DNA from: an uncultured Pseudobdellovibrionaceae bacterium
GTDB lineage: Bacteria; Bdellovibrionota; Bdellovibrionia; Bdellovibrionales; JAGQZY01
DNA length: 64,000 nt
Assembly (NCBI GenBank): GCA_964351315.1
Contig: CAYGNH010000014.1
Coordinates: 3,280-67,279, forward strand
Reading direction: 5' to 3'
Position 1 is the stretch's first letter, and each line of letters opens with the position of its first letter. Under the pieces are notes generated by a model. That model saw nothing but the letters and a program-made list of their open reading frames with translations, was not told where the DNA came from and searched no databases. Below are positions 41,058-51,378 of this stretch, piece after piece. Both the position numbers and the translations under genes were made by a program.

Positions 41058-41501
41058 TTAGTTCACAGACATAACTGTGTAATAAAATCGTTGATTTCCC
41101 CAGATCATATCACCTGTCATATCCATAAAAACTCGTCCCAAATACAGTGAACCCTGAGATTTATCAGTTCCATTTGCATACGGTACCACTAATATATTTG
41201 TTACCGGAAAACCAGCAAGCGTTGCATTTTCTCTTTGATATTCGTCAAAAATTCTGACTTTCAAAGTTGTTTTTGGTATTTGATTTGAATAGTCCTCGTA
41301 AGTATCAAAGACAGTCAGCTCATCTTTAGAAGCACACATATATTTAGTATCAGAATGTAATGCGTCGACAGTTCCATCAATTAGAATAGAATCATCATTT
41401 GAATTGAATAGTATACAAACTTTAGTATCGACGGCGGCAAATGCTTGAGCGGTGAAAAAAGTGCTATATAAGAACGTTGTGATTAAAATTAATCTCATCA
41501 T
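41058..41501 (-). CDS. Exported hypothetical protein in an AT-rich patch
   Basis: ATG 41501 after AGGAG; signal ending AQAFA. Confidence 0.65.
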   Translation of the reverse strand: MMRLILITTFLYSTFFTAQAFAAVDTKVCILFNSNDDSILIDGTVDALHSDTKYMCASKDELTVFDTYEDYSNQIPKTTLKVRIFDEYQRENATLAGFPVTNILVVPYANGTDKSQGSLYLGRVFMDMTGDMIWGNQRFYYTVMSVN

Positions 41502-42174
41502 TAGGTTTCTCCTTGAGTAATATTTGTATTTTAAGCTTTTTACGTTCAATGACAATGAGCTGTGAAAACAAGTAAGGGCTGTAAGAAGTAAGATGACCAA
41601 AAACTAAACAGTTTGGTCGGTGCCGAGTAGACTCATTCCGTGTGTTTCTCTCACATTACCAATGGTTGTCCCCTCAGATGACAAGATCTATGTCCTAGTC
41701 GTAAACAACTGAGATTATTCCAAAAAAAATCGAGTTTTTGGCGATTAAACGCGCTAGCCCTGACCACCTAAGCAATCTTGGAGTTGTAGCCAATCTCCCA
41801 GTCGTTGTAATCTCCCCATTAAAAACTAGAAAGACTAATCACAATTAAAGAGGGTGACAATTCTATTTAGAAGTTAAGGGGTGACAGTTTTACTTGAATT
41901 CATCAATTCCTCCTCCAAACCGGCTTTTTGCCGATAATTTATATTATGTTGCATACAGCTTGTATCATACTGAAACTAGCCATGTTTTTAAATTAAAAAT
42001 ATTGAGTTCTCTTCGTCTGAAATCAGATTTTAAAAAAATGGAGCCACCCCAGGCGACTCTCGTCGACCGCCACCACCAAAACGTGTTTCACTTTATTCTT
42101 TTTTACAGAGTCACTGAATTTCAATGATTTTGCCGACACAGAGGGACTATAAAAAACTCATTCTGGAGATGTTT

Positions 42175-43035
42175 ATGAAAGTTTTGCTGTTTTTAAGTTT
42201 AATTTCTTTTAGCCTTGTCGCTCAGGCTCAACTGGATAACGGCCTGACTCCATTGCAAAGATACGATCAAGGACAAAGGACCCAAGGCGCTTTCAGTCTT
42301 GATAATTGGATTATGTGCTCCCAAAAGGCCCGTAATCAGTACGTTCCTGAGGTCGTCAATGATGAGACTATTTTAACGGTCACAGATCAAGGGGCGTTAA
42401 TCACAGCTGCGGGTCAAAACAGTATAGTCACGGATGTCATCAATCAATCCTTGGATTCACTAGCAAGACAAGGAGACACAAAAACACTGGGTCGCCATGT
42501 TTGCGTGGGCTTTTATTTTGGAGCCCCGGAGCACGTAACCGGCAACGCCAGCTCCCATACTTTTGGCTATCTTCTTTTTGACTATCGAGCCATTGAAAAT
42601 CTTTACTCGATTAAAAATAGAAGCTTCTGGGTTCATCACTATTTGATTCTTCACGAACTCGCGCACCAGTTACAGTATTGGAACAACGATCAAGAAGTTC
42701 AAAAAACTTTTCAAGGCCTGCAAACAGCTAAAAAACCAGAACTGGCCGCCGACTGTCTAGCTGGAGCTCTGTTCCGACTTAATCATCTTGGTCTTACCAA
42801 AGATCTTTACGATCTTAGCTTTAAAGGGGTTTTAGAAGGTGCCGCCCTTATTGGCGACCACTCCATTGGTGACCCTGGTCACCACGGAACCCCGGCCGAA
42901 CGACGTTTTGCCACTGGGTTCGGATCAAGTTTAGTCGCGGAATTTGAACAGGAGTTACGCGATGGTACTCTACGAGTCACCAGCGAATACTTACTCAACC
43001 GGTGCAATGCCTTTATCACCAAGGCGATGCCGTAA
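42175..43035 (+). CDS. Exported neutral zinc metallopeptidase-like protein
   Basis: HELAH, ELAADCLAG, HGTPAERR; signal ending AQA. Confidence 0.75.
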   Translation: MKVLLFLSLISFSLVAQAQLDNGLTPLQRYDQGQRTQGAFSLDNWIMCSQKARNQYVPEVVNDETILTVTDQGALITAAGQNSIVTDVINQSLDSLARQGDTKTLGRHVCVGFYFGAPEHVTGNASSHTFGYLLFDYRAIENLYSIKNRSFWVHHYLILHELAHQLQYWNNDQEVQKTFQGLQTAKKPELAADCLAGALFRLNHLGLTKDLYDLSFKGVLEGAALIGDHSIGDPGHHGTPAERRFATGFGSSLVAEFEQELRDGTLRVTSEYLLNRCNAFITKAMP

Positions 43036-43201
43036 AACCTGACAAAGACATCACTCAATCGGAAATGGTAAGCTCCCGACATGTCAATCAATGACCTCAC
43101 TCGTCCAAAAGTCACCCGGATCTATCTTGCAAAATTAATCTCGGGCTCTCTCCTCACCTCTAAGTGAAGACTTTTAAGGTTCCGGCTAGCGATACCAGCT
43201 T

Positions 43202-44338
43202 TTAATTGTTTTTCCGGAAAACCGACGGGGTGACGCCCGTCTGCTTTTTGAAGGCGGTATTGAAAGCGGACTTGCTGTTAAATCCTGATTCGTAGGCGAT
43301 ATTGATAATGGTTTCATCGGTGAATTTTTCGTCTTTCAACCGGCGTTTGACTTCATCAATCCGATATTGACTGATCAGCTCAAAAAACGTGGTGTTAAGA
43401 CCGATGTTTATCACTTGCGACAGCTGGTAGGTCGGTATTTCAATTTTCTTCGCCAAATCTTCAGACAACAAATTGGGGTTCAAATAGGCCTTTTCAACGG
43501 CAAGAACATGTTTAAGCTTTTCGGCCAACTCCCCGACTCGTTCATCCGATAGATTCGAGTTTTGGTACTTTTCGCCCACTTCTTCTTTTGCTTGCTCTTC
43601 TAATAAATCCTTTTTCTCTTTTGTGTACTCTCGATAAGAAAGGGAGTTCATACGAAAAGCCTCAAACATATTGGCCATAAAAACTACGGGGAAAAAGTAG
43701 GCATAGGTGAAAGGTAATAAGAAGTTCTCCATGGTCGCAGCGGTGATCGAAAGCACCAAGCCCGCAATAAAATATCGGTCTTGTGAAGACCTCAATACAA
43801 TAGACAGAAGAAATATAGCGGTTATGGTTGTAATCACGCTGGAGATCGAGAGTAAAACATTGAGAAAAGCACTAGGTGTTCCAAATCGAGTGGTGTAAGA
43901 GTTCACAAAGTAGTTCTGCGTTTCAAGTATTTGATCGGGATTAAAGAACAACGAATGATCCCCAAAAATCGACGCAACCGTAGCTAAACCTGTCGCAATA
44001 GCTAAAATCATCGCGCAAAAACAATAGACCTGGTAAAAACGATTGGGAATAGCCACAAAAAAGTTAAGAGACTGCAAGTAGGTCAGCAAAGACAAACACA
44101 AAGCGAATGTGGATACAGCCACATAGGCATGGGTGAACTCGGGTGAAAAAATACGAGACTGAGCCACAAAATGTTCAAAAGAAAATAGGGCCGAAAAAAA
44201 GCAGAACAAGGCCAATGAGCGGGATCGTTTGTAACCTTTGTTTAAATAAATCTTGAACTGAATAAGGCTAAGGAATAGAAGGAAAAAGCTACAAGCAAAG
44301 GCGATCCCTGGAATGGTGCTAATAAGGACTTTTTCCAT
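43202..44338 (-). CDS. Membrane-anchored AraC-family regulator
   Basis: Multi-TM N-terminus; C-terminal IAYESGFNSKSAFNTAFKKQTGVTPS. Confidence 0.9.
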   Translation of the reverse strand: MEKVLISTIPGIAFACSFFLLFLSLIQFKIYLNKGYKRSRSLALFCFFSALFSFEHFVAQSRIFSPEFTHAYVAVSTFALCLSLLTYLQSLNFFVAIPNRFYQVYCFCAMILAIATGLATVASIFGDHSLFFNPDQILETQNYFVNSYTTRFGTPSAFLNVLLSISSVITTITAIFLLSIVLRSSQDRYFIAGLVLSITAATMENFLLPFTYAYFFPVVFMANMFEAFRMNSLSYREYTKEKKDLLEEQAKEEVGEKYQNSNLSDERVGELAEKLKHVLAVEKAYLNPNLLSEDLAKKIEIPTYQLSQVINIGLNTTFFELISQYRIDEVKRRLKDEKFTDETIINIAYESGFNSKSAFNTAFKKQTGVTPSVFRKNN

Positions 44339-44389
44339 AGAAGCGCACTATATCATAGATGCCTAAAAATGGATAAATACCTATAAAAA

Positions 44390-44677
44390 TTAAGCAATTG
44401 TCGTAATTTTCTCTTCTTTGTCAAAAAATAAGGCTAACGCCACCGTCTTTTTTTCGGCCAGTTGTACTTTAATGTAGCCAAACATATCTTCTATGGGGTG
44501 GCCCGACTCTGTCAAAAGCGCCACATGTTGGGCGGATCGATCTGATAGGACTTGAAAGATTTCGTTGAGATTTGAGCACTTTTTGACCTTCGCACCAAAA
44601 TTTTCATCCAAGCCGTTTTCCCGCATAAGATGAGAAATTTGAGTTGCATAAATAGAACTCACTTCGATTGATTTCAT
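44390..44677 (-). CDS. Small hypothetical protein
   Basis: ATG preceded by GAGGAG; protein-like composition. Confidence 0.55.
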   Translation of the reverse strand: MKSIEVSSIYATQISHLMRENGLDENFGAKVKKCSNLNEIFQVLSDRSAQHVALLTESGHPIEDMFGYIKVQLAEKKTVALALFFDKEEKITTIA

Positions 44678-45001
44678 AAAGACTCCTCTTCTTCTCTTAC
44701 CATCGCCAATTTTTTAATATGAATCGTCCGGATTAAATAATAACAACCTTTTGGGCGTTCGAATTCTCTAAACCGAACTTTTATTGTGTGATTACGAACA
44801 CTTGTGCGAGTTATTAAAGAACAGGCGTTCGTCTTTTGATGCTAAGGGTAGAAAACAAATCTTTTCAGCCAACTTACATTTTGATAGTTGTGAAGGGCAG
44901 CAAATAGGTGTCTGGCCCTCACTGATGAGGCCCGGGGTTGTTTTTCTACAACCCCGAATCCAGTCAAAAACTGAATAGATTGAATTCGACCGGGGGGTTT
45001 T

Positions 45002-46126
45002 ATGCGAATTCTGTGGCTTATTGGCGCGTTAATATTTTGTTTGCAGAACTCAGCACAGGCCCGCGTTTACCGTTATGTCAGGGTCGGCTCATTTGCCACC
45101 TCATTTCACCTGGCGGACTACAAAGGCCAGACTTTTTTGAAGACCATGAAAGATGTGATGTACCCTGCCCTGATGGCCGAAGCCGTGCCTCGTTTTGAAG
45201 GCAGCCCCATCTCTGGAGTTAAAATAGGAGAAGGAGTTGAACTTCGCCTCACCGACCGGGTCTCCACCTATCATGTTAAGTTTGCGGCTCATTGGGAGGA
45301 AAATGCGGAAAGATCGGGACGAAGCTTTGCAGGTGTTGATTCTAAACCTTGGAACGATAAAACGGAATATGTCGCCGACGCTTCCTACAAGCACTTTCTA
45401 TCGACCCTAGAGGACTTGCTTGACGACCCCGATCAAATTGAAGTGTTTTACCGAGCAATTTTGCAAGTGCTTCTGAACAGCGATCCCTCCGGAATTGGTG
45501 AACTTTCAACCAAAGGGCAACAGGTCGCCGCCGACTTCGTTGCCGTTTACGTGGCCGAACAGTACCGCCACCTTATCAGTGGTAAAGGAAAAAAACTGGG
45601 ACGCAGACACAATTGGGACAATGCTCATTTACAGGTAACTTTACTAGCGGCCTTTCACGCCGGACAAAAACACAAAGCCATGTACTACAAAGGCCGTTTT
45701 CTTAACAAGGTTTACCATCAACAAAGTAAGGAAACCTGTATTTACCAAAAACCATGGGGTGAGATTCCAGACTATCATTGGTCTCGCTCCGTTCGGTTGA
45801 TCGACTATTGGCAGTTCAACGAAGAGTGCGAACGCAGTGGGGTCAACATAACCCGCCGTGATTTTCAAAAACTGGGACGCGCCACCACCCACTATCTTAT
45901 CGAAAACGACAACGATCTGAGTGTCAGAGCTTTCAATAAAACCTTTCAGCAAAAATGGACCCGGAACTTCATCGAATCCATGACTAACTCAATCATCAGC
46001 AACTGGGCTCCGGACACCAACGATCGCTGGCAGGCTCAGATCGATGTGGCGCTGAAGTGGATTTTGGCTTCGCACCGGCAGGCTAATGCGATCACTCTTT
46101 GGCTAAATCCTCAGCCCCTAAATTGA
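45002..46126 (+). CDS. Exported hypothetical protein
   Basis: Signal ending SAQA; 374 aa ORF. Confidence 0.7.
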   Translation: MRILWLIGALIFCLQNSAQARVYRYVRVGSFATSFHLADYKGQTFLKTMKDVMYPALMAEAVPRFEGSPISGVKIGEGVELRLTDRVSTYHVKFAAHWEENAERSGRSFAGVDSKPWNDKTEYVADASYKHFLSTLEDLLDDPDQIEVFYRAILQVLLNSDPSGIGELSTKGQQVAADFVAVYVAEQYRHLISGKGKKLGRRHNWDNAHLQVTLLAAFHAGQKHKAMYYKGRFLNKVYHQQSKETCIYQKPWGEIPDYHWSRSVRLIDYWQFNEECERSGVNITRRDFQKLGRATTHYLIENDNDLSVRAFNKTFQQKWTRNFIESMTNSIISNWAPDTNDRWQAQIDVALKWILASHRQANAITLWLNPQPLN

Positions 46127-46966
46127 GACCTGCCCCTGTTGCAAAAGAAAGTCGCGGTCTACACCTACAAACTGCGAAAAAGGCAATGGGGTCCAAACAT
46201 TTTCGTTTTTAATCACTTCAGAACTGATCAACAAATGATGGATTTTGTCATTGGCTTTGGCCGAGCTTTCGCAAACCTTGTCAAGAAAGGCGCAACTGTC
46301 ACGCTCGGAACATTTTGTCTTATGGGTACTGAAGAACAAGGGCTGACCACCATTAAAGGCATACATCATTTTTCCATCCGTTAAAATAAAGGTAAGATAG
46401 TTTTTATCGTAGTCCCCTTTTGATTCGGTTACGGCTCCAAAAACGGAGGAGAATATCTCGACAAATTTTTGCAAAACACTGGAGAAATCGAAATTGCCTG
46501 AAGAGACATTTAAAGCACCTTGCCGACGCATTATTGATAGCAACAAATAAAAGAGAGCCTCACTGTCGGTTTCTCCCAAAATATAGCGCCGCAAATCTTG
46601 ATCGATTTTTTTCAGAAATTCAAGGCGCAGATCGGGGAAGTTCTCAACATTTCCATTGTGGGCAAAAACCCACGGTCCAAATTGAAAGGGGTGGGTGTTC
46701 AAAGGCCCAACCGTCCCCACTGTGGATTTACGAATATGGGTGACTACCGTGTTCGACGAAACCACACCCGAGACCTTCTCGAAGATCTTACATTCACCGG
46801 CCTGGTTCTCATTTTTGACCAAATGGGGGCTGCCCATATTGTAATAAGCCACACCCCAGCCGTCGGGGTGCCGATCACTTTGCTGAATGATCGCATTGTC
46901 TGAGTCGATCAAACTCCGGTGGACTCCGCTTTGTAATATGGATCGAAATCCAAAAATTCGGCACAT
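46118..46966 (-). CDS. Class II glutamine amidotransferase (YafJ/EgtC-like)
   Basis: N-terminal MCR, DGWG, HIRKST, NTHPF, FAHNG, GETDSE. Confidence 0.88.
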   Translation of the reverse strand: MCRIFGFRSILQSGVHRSLIDSDNAIIQQSDRHPDGWGVAYYNMGSPHLVKNENQAGECKIFEKVSGVVSSNTVVTHIRKSTVGTVGPLNTHPFQFGPWVFAHNGNVENFPDLRLEFLKKIDQDLRRYILGETDSEALFYLLLSIMRRQGALNVSSGNFDFSSVLQKFVEIFSSVFGAVTESKGDYDKNYLTFILTDGKMMYAFNGGQPLFFSTHKTKCSERDSCAFLDKVCESSAKANDKIHHLLISSEVIKNENVWTPLPFSQFVGVDRDFLLQQGQVSI

Positions 46967-47019
46967 ATTCGCATTATACCCTAATTGACTCCCAAGGACG
47001 AGCCCCATAAAATAACTTT

Positions 47020-47754
47020 ATGGCAAACCCCACTCAACAATCCCCAAACAAAGTCTGGCTCAACCTGATTCTGGATATCGCCCTGCCTGTGATTATTCTC
47101 AATAAACTCTCCCCTTATTTAGGAGAAAGTGGTCCGGTTTATGCTCTTTTGTTGGCGATCTCACTGCCGCTTGGCCATGGACTCTTTGATTTTTACAAAG
47201 AACGAAAAATCAATTGGATTTCTTTGCTTGGATTAATGAATGTGTTGCTTACCGGCGGCTTCGCCCTGCTAAAACTTGAAGGCTTTTGGTTTGCTGTGAA
47301 AGAAGCCAGTTTTCCAGCCCTCATTGGTGTCTTCGTCTTTTTCTCCAGCTTTTCTCGCAAACCCCTATTTTCGTTCTTCCTCAACCAGCCGGGAATTTTT
47401 TCTATGGATTTGATCCAAAATCGATTGCAAGAACACAATCGGCAACAAGACTTCAACGACCTTATTAAACGCTGTACTCTTTTATTTTCGGGAACTTTCT
47501 TTATTAGTGCATTACTCAACTTCTTTTTAGCTCTTTCTATCTTTAAAGAAATCCCGTCGACCTTACAAGAATCAGAAAAAGCCAACATGTTAAACGGACA
47601 AATTGCTGACATGACTTGGATGGGCTATGTGGTCATCGCCCTACCTTTGATGGTAATCACCACTAGTTTGTTTTATTACTGTTTGCGCAGCCTGGCCCGA
47701 CTAACGAATTTATCCCTTAACGAACTCATGGGACACCCTAACCAGCCTTCATAG
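47020..47754 (+). CDS. VC0807-family membrane protein
   Basis: PVIILNKLS, LLTGGFALL, WFAVKEA, SALLNFFLA, multi-TM. Confidence 0.75.
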   Translation: MANPTQQSPNKVWLNLILDIALPVIILNKLSPYLGESGPVYALLLAISLPLGHGLFDFYKERKINWISLLGLMNVLLTGGFALLKLEGFWFAVKEASFPALIGVFVFFSSFSRKPLFSFFLNQPGIFSMDLIQNRLQEHNRQQDFNDLIKRCTLLFSGTFFISALLNFFLALSIFKEIPSTLQESEKANMLNGQIADMTWMGYVVIALPLMVITTSLFYYCLRSLARLTNLSLNELMGHPNQPS

Positions 47755-48501
47755 CTCTTTAATATTGTCTGAAATCACTTTTAAAGCCCATTCGGGATCA
47801 TCGATAAAAATATCGTGCCCTGCTGAGGGATGGGTGTGCAAGGGTAAGCTCCAATGGTCTGCCAATTGTTTTGAACACACTGGGTCCACCATTTGATCAC
47901 CTAATGATCGCAGCACCACAATAGGAACATCTGGCGGCCTATCCGCCAAACGGTAGGCGCCTGCGGCAATCAATTGTCTAAAAAAGTTTTTCAGAGGCAT
48001 CGGTCGTTCCTTAGCAATTTCGGCCCATTGCTGAGCAATAGCTTTGTGCTTGCCGGTTTGACGACTAACCATGCTTAACACTTCCATTTCACGCTCTTGC
48101 AAAGAACCCGCCCGCCCGACTTTGTAAAAACGCTTAAAGGCATCCAATTGCAAGCGGTGATGAATCGGAGACAGATTAGAAAAACTGGTATTTGTAACAA
48201 ATACTTTTGCAAAAAGGCTCGGCTGCAGTTGTGCCATTTCAATAGCAACCATTGATCCCAGTGAAATAGAAACCACTACGCGAGGACGATGCGATTTCGA
48301 GTCGATTTGACTGATTAAAAATTCACTATTCTCTTTGATACTCAAAGGACTGGTTAATTTGTGGTATCGTCCGGCTCCGAGCAAGTCTAAACCCGTGACA
48401 CTGGCTACATCGTTAAGATTTTTTATGAAGTCGTAAAACTCTCCCCAATGCGCTGATTCACGAGCCAAGCCACGAATCAAAAAAACGTCAACTTGCGACA
48501 T
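47749..48501 (-). CDS. Alpha/beta hydrolase
   Basis: LIRGLARESAHWG, ISLG, DQMV, AGHD. Confidence 0.8.
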   Translation of the reverse strand: MSQVDVFLIRGLARESAHWGEFYDFIKNLNDVASVTGLDLLGAGRYHKLTSPLSIKENSEFLISQIDSKSHRPRVVVSISLGSMVAIEMAQLQPSLFAKVFVTNTSFSNLSPIHHRLQLDAFKRFYKVGRAGSLQEREMEVLSMVSRQTGKHKAIAQQWAEIAKERPMPLKNFFRQLIAAGAYRLADRPPDVPIVVLRSLGDQMVDPVCSKQLADHWSLPLHTHPSAGHDIFIDDPEWALKVISDNIKEL

Positions 48502-49534
48502 CTTTCACTCCGGTGTACCACAGATTCAACGCTTCGTATTTCCAGATTTGTCTCTGTTCAGGAGTTAAGTTGAGCCAGTCATTGGATAGAACCGCTCGGT
48601 GCAAAAAATCCATGAAGGTTTTCTGGTCGCGCAACACGCGCGCAGTTCGGTGAGGCAGAACAGGATTGAAAATCCCTAAAGCGCCAAACATTTGTTTTGG
48701 ATTTTTTCTCACCCACTTCCAAGATCCCAGCTCTAGGGTCAGCGGAAAAAAGAACTGATTGTGTTTAACATTCAGGTGGGAATCATAGACGTAGTCCCAG
48801 AAATCTCCATGTGTGGTGTACTGAATGGATTGTGGTTCTACCGCATAAACATGATTGGGATAAGTTTTATTTAATAGTTCTCTGAAAGCATAAGCTTCGA
48901 CAAAGTAAGGAAAGGGTTTTTTTGTTCGAGCATAAGGAAACCAAAGCCTGTCACTCGAGCCAAAGCCAGAGTGCACATCCAAGCAAATCGAAACCCTGGC
49001 TGGCAAAACTTTCTCTTTTAAAAAATTGTAAAGCACTTGGTTTTCCTGTTCCATTCCATCGGCCAAAGCCCCTCGGTAAAACGGAATCTTTGGTGATAAC
49101 CGATGCCCGCCGTAGAGAAATCGAGTAGCCTCTTCTGAAAACACGGGGGCATTGCGCATTAAATCCACACTGTTACCATTGGATCTTGAACGACGAAACA
49201 TACCAACCGGATTTAAAATGGGAACGTAAACCAGACGAGAGTTCTCCAACCGATTTTTTAAAGTTTGATCCCAACTGAGAAGCTCGATGACTGTCCGTAA
49301 AGTCGAGAGCACCACCGTCGAACCAATCCGCTCCAAACCGTGAACCCCCCCCACCATGGCAAAGCATGGGCTAGTGACATCTTGCGAACCAATTTCAATG
49401 GCATAGATCGGAAAAACATGACCTTCGTAGGGAACTTCAGCGAGGACTGTCACCTTGGCTTGAGATCCCAGTTTTTCGATCAGGGATTCCAATTCAATCA
49501 ATTCTGGTAATCTTTTTTCTAGAACGCTTCGCAC
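48488..49534 (-). CDS. M14-family zinc carboxypeptidase
   Basis: GVHGLE, LNPVG, RSNGNSVDLMRN, DVHSG, TLELG; GTG start 49534 after GAGG. Confidence 0.8.
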   Translation of the reverse strand: MRSVLEKRLPELIELESLIEKLGSQAKVTVLAEVPYEGHVFPIYAIEIGSQDVTSPCFAMVGGVHGLERIGSTVVLSTLRTVIELLSWDQTLKNRLENSRLVYVPILNPVGMFRRSRSNGNSVDLMRNAPVFSEEATRFLYGGHRLSPKIPFYRGALADGMEQENQVLYNFLKEKVLPARVSICLDVHSGFGSSDRLWFPYARTKKPFPYFVEAYAFRELLNKTYPNHVYAVEPQSIQYTTHGDFWDYVYDSHLNVKHNQFFFPLTLELGSWKWVRKNPKQMFGALGIFNPVLPHRTARVLRDQKTFMDFLHRAVLSNDWLNLTPEQRQIWKYEALNLWYTGVKDVAS

Positions 49535-49562
49535 TTTTAACCTCGAGGAGGCTTTTAGTGTA

Positions 49563-50384
49563 CTACAACTTTTGACAACTCGGACACCAAAAACTATTTC
49601 TCCCGACGATAGCTCGGCTGCGAATCGCGGCACCACAAAACCGACAAGCCTCGCGGTCTCGCCCATAGACGAGTAGCAGATTTTGAAAGTACCCTTTGGA
49701 ACCACCCGCCTGGGTAAAATCGCTGATTGTGGTCCCCCCGCAGGCGATGGCTTCGCCAAGAACCTGTTGAATAGCCTGCACTAGGCGATCGCAGTCCCGA
49801 CGGCTGACACGGTGACAAGACTTGTTGGGATGGATCCCGGCAAGATACAAAGCCTCGCTGGCGTAAATGTTACCGACCCCGACTACAACACTTTGATTCA
49901 TGATTAAAGACTTTATGCTAGTTTTGCGAAGTCGACATTTCGTAAAAAGGTAGTCGCCGGTAAAAGTTAAGTCTTGCAGGGGCTCTGGCCCCAAACTTTT
50001 CAAATGGGAGTGAGTGGCCAGCTCCGCTTTTTTGAAAACCAAAAACATCCCGAAACGTCGAGGATCATGGTAGGTTAAGACTCTTTGTTCATCCAAAAAT
50101 ATTTGAACGTGATCATGCTTGCGCGCATCAGTCTGCAACCGCCAACTTCCGGTCATACCTAAGTGTGACAAGATGTAAAACTGATCGGTCTCTAAAAGCA
50201 GGTATTTCGCCCGACGGTGAATGGCTAAAATAGATTCACCTTCTACTTTGCGAATGACTTGCAAAGGACTGATATATCTTAACTTTTTGTCGCTCAACTG
50301 AATCTTATTGATGCGCTCGCCGGGAAGCCGGAGCAACTCCTCTAGACCTCGTCGAACGGTCTCAACCTCAGGTAGTTCTGGCAT
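49563..50384 (-). CDS. mutM: Formamidopyrimidine-DNA glycosylase
   Basis: MPELPEVE, HLGMTG, DPRRFG, GVGNIYASE, C-terminal CRFC...CPSCQ zinc finger. Confidence 0.97.
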   Translation of the reverse strand: MPELPEVETVRRGLEELLRLPGERINKIQLSDKKLRYISPLQVIRKVEGESILAIHRRAKYLLLETDQFYILSHLGMTGSWRLQTDARKHDHVQIFLDEQRVLTYHDPRRFGMFLVFKKAELATHSHLKSLGPEPLQDLTFTGDYLFTKCRLRKTSIKSLIMNQSVVVGVGNIYASEALYLAGIHPNKSCHRVSRRDCDRLVQAIQQVLGEAIACGGTTISDFTQAGGSKGYFQNLLLVYGRDREACRFCGAAIRSRAIVGRNSFWCPSCQKL

Positions 50385-50707
50385 ATGGACTCCAACCTCT
50401 TGTTTTTACTCAGTTTATTTTTCACATTTTGAACAAATGCCAACTCAGGCCAACATTTCAGCCGTTTTTAACATTTTTAGCTTTAAAAAGCGAAATGACA
50501 TTCTCAGCACTGGGGTCCACTTGCTGCTCACGAATGTACTCCATCACGCGCTCAGAAACCTCTTTCTGGTCGTCCTCATCGCATATTGAATTTACCTGTA
50601 TTTCTCAAATCAAAAAAACTATTCAAGTTGCCATCGACTACTTCCGCTCACTTTAACCGGAGACTTAATCACTTTCATCAATGACAGATGGTAATGGAAG
50701 TCACTCC

Positions 50708-50842
50708 GTGGCTAGGAAAAATTAGAGGGCTTAAAAAGTATACCTGCCCCCTTCCCTGCTAAAAAAGGGCCTCCCCAATCGGGCCGAAGGCCCTTTATTC
50801 AATTTTGTTTAAGGTTTTATGTGACGAATTCTTTTATAAACA
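50708..50842. repeat. 135-bp non-coding direct repeat, copy 1 of 4
   Basis: GTGGCTAGGAAAAATTAGAGGG...AAAGGGCCT-loop-AGGCCCTTT...GAATTCTTTTATAAACA; C5 allele. Confidence 0.97.
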
Positions 50843-51378
50843 CAATTGGACCCGAATCCTGAATTGACCTTCTTTTTCAAAATTGTGCTGAAGTTGGACT
50901 TCAAAAAAACATACCCCCTCACTTATAGGGAAAAATATACGACAAATACGCGACAAAATTATGGTGAAAAATGAGCAAACCCTTCTCACTATAGGGGTAA
51001 ATGGGCGGCCTACTGGGCGGCCATTTCTCATGTAACCCACTAAAATCAATGCGAAATATTTTTCTGGAGAATTTTCTTCAATTTTTTTTAATTTTTTTTT
51101 CAGAGCCCCAAAAAAAACAAATTTCGGGCTCAATTTTAGAGCTCAAAATTTAATTTGGATGGTAAGGAAGGCAATCATGCTTGCTTGAATAAACTCCCAG
51201 TTCAATCATAAAACTAGGGAGTTTTTTAAATGGCCAACTGGTCTTGTCATGGGCGAGGGTGCCGAAAAATTTTTTTGTTTTCAATAACGTTAATGGCTCT
51301 AACTAATATTTTTGTCATATTCCGAGGCTTACAACTTAAGGCATAGCTGCAAGAGCTAGTCGGTCTCAAAATAGGGTT

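Noticed and set aside
41615-41780. tRNA-like remnant on the minus strand
   Set aside because: No TTCGA loop or foldable cloverleaf.
44922-44960. Hammerhead ribozyme (CTGATGAG)
   Set aside because: The required GAAA after stem II reads GAAT and no stem III is evident.
3142-50656. Many short antisense or nested ORFs in the track (e.g. 23005-23313, 27554-27931, 37427-37936) and the 5' extensions of the ORFs at 6875, 17015, 33581 and 49759
   Set aside because: They overlap well-supported genes and lack motifs; for the extended ORFs, better downstream starts exist.
50985-50996. T7 promoter core CTCACTATAGGG
   Set aside because: The upstream TAATACGA specificity region is absent and there are no phage polymerase or vector sequences; treated as chance or a local motif.
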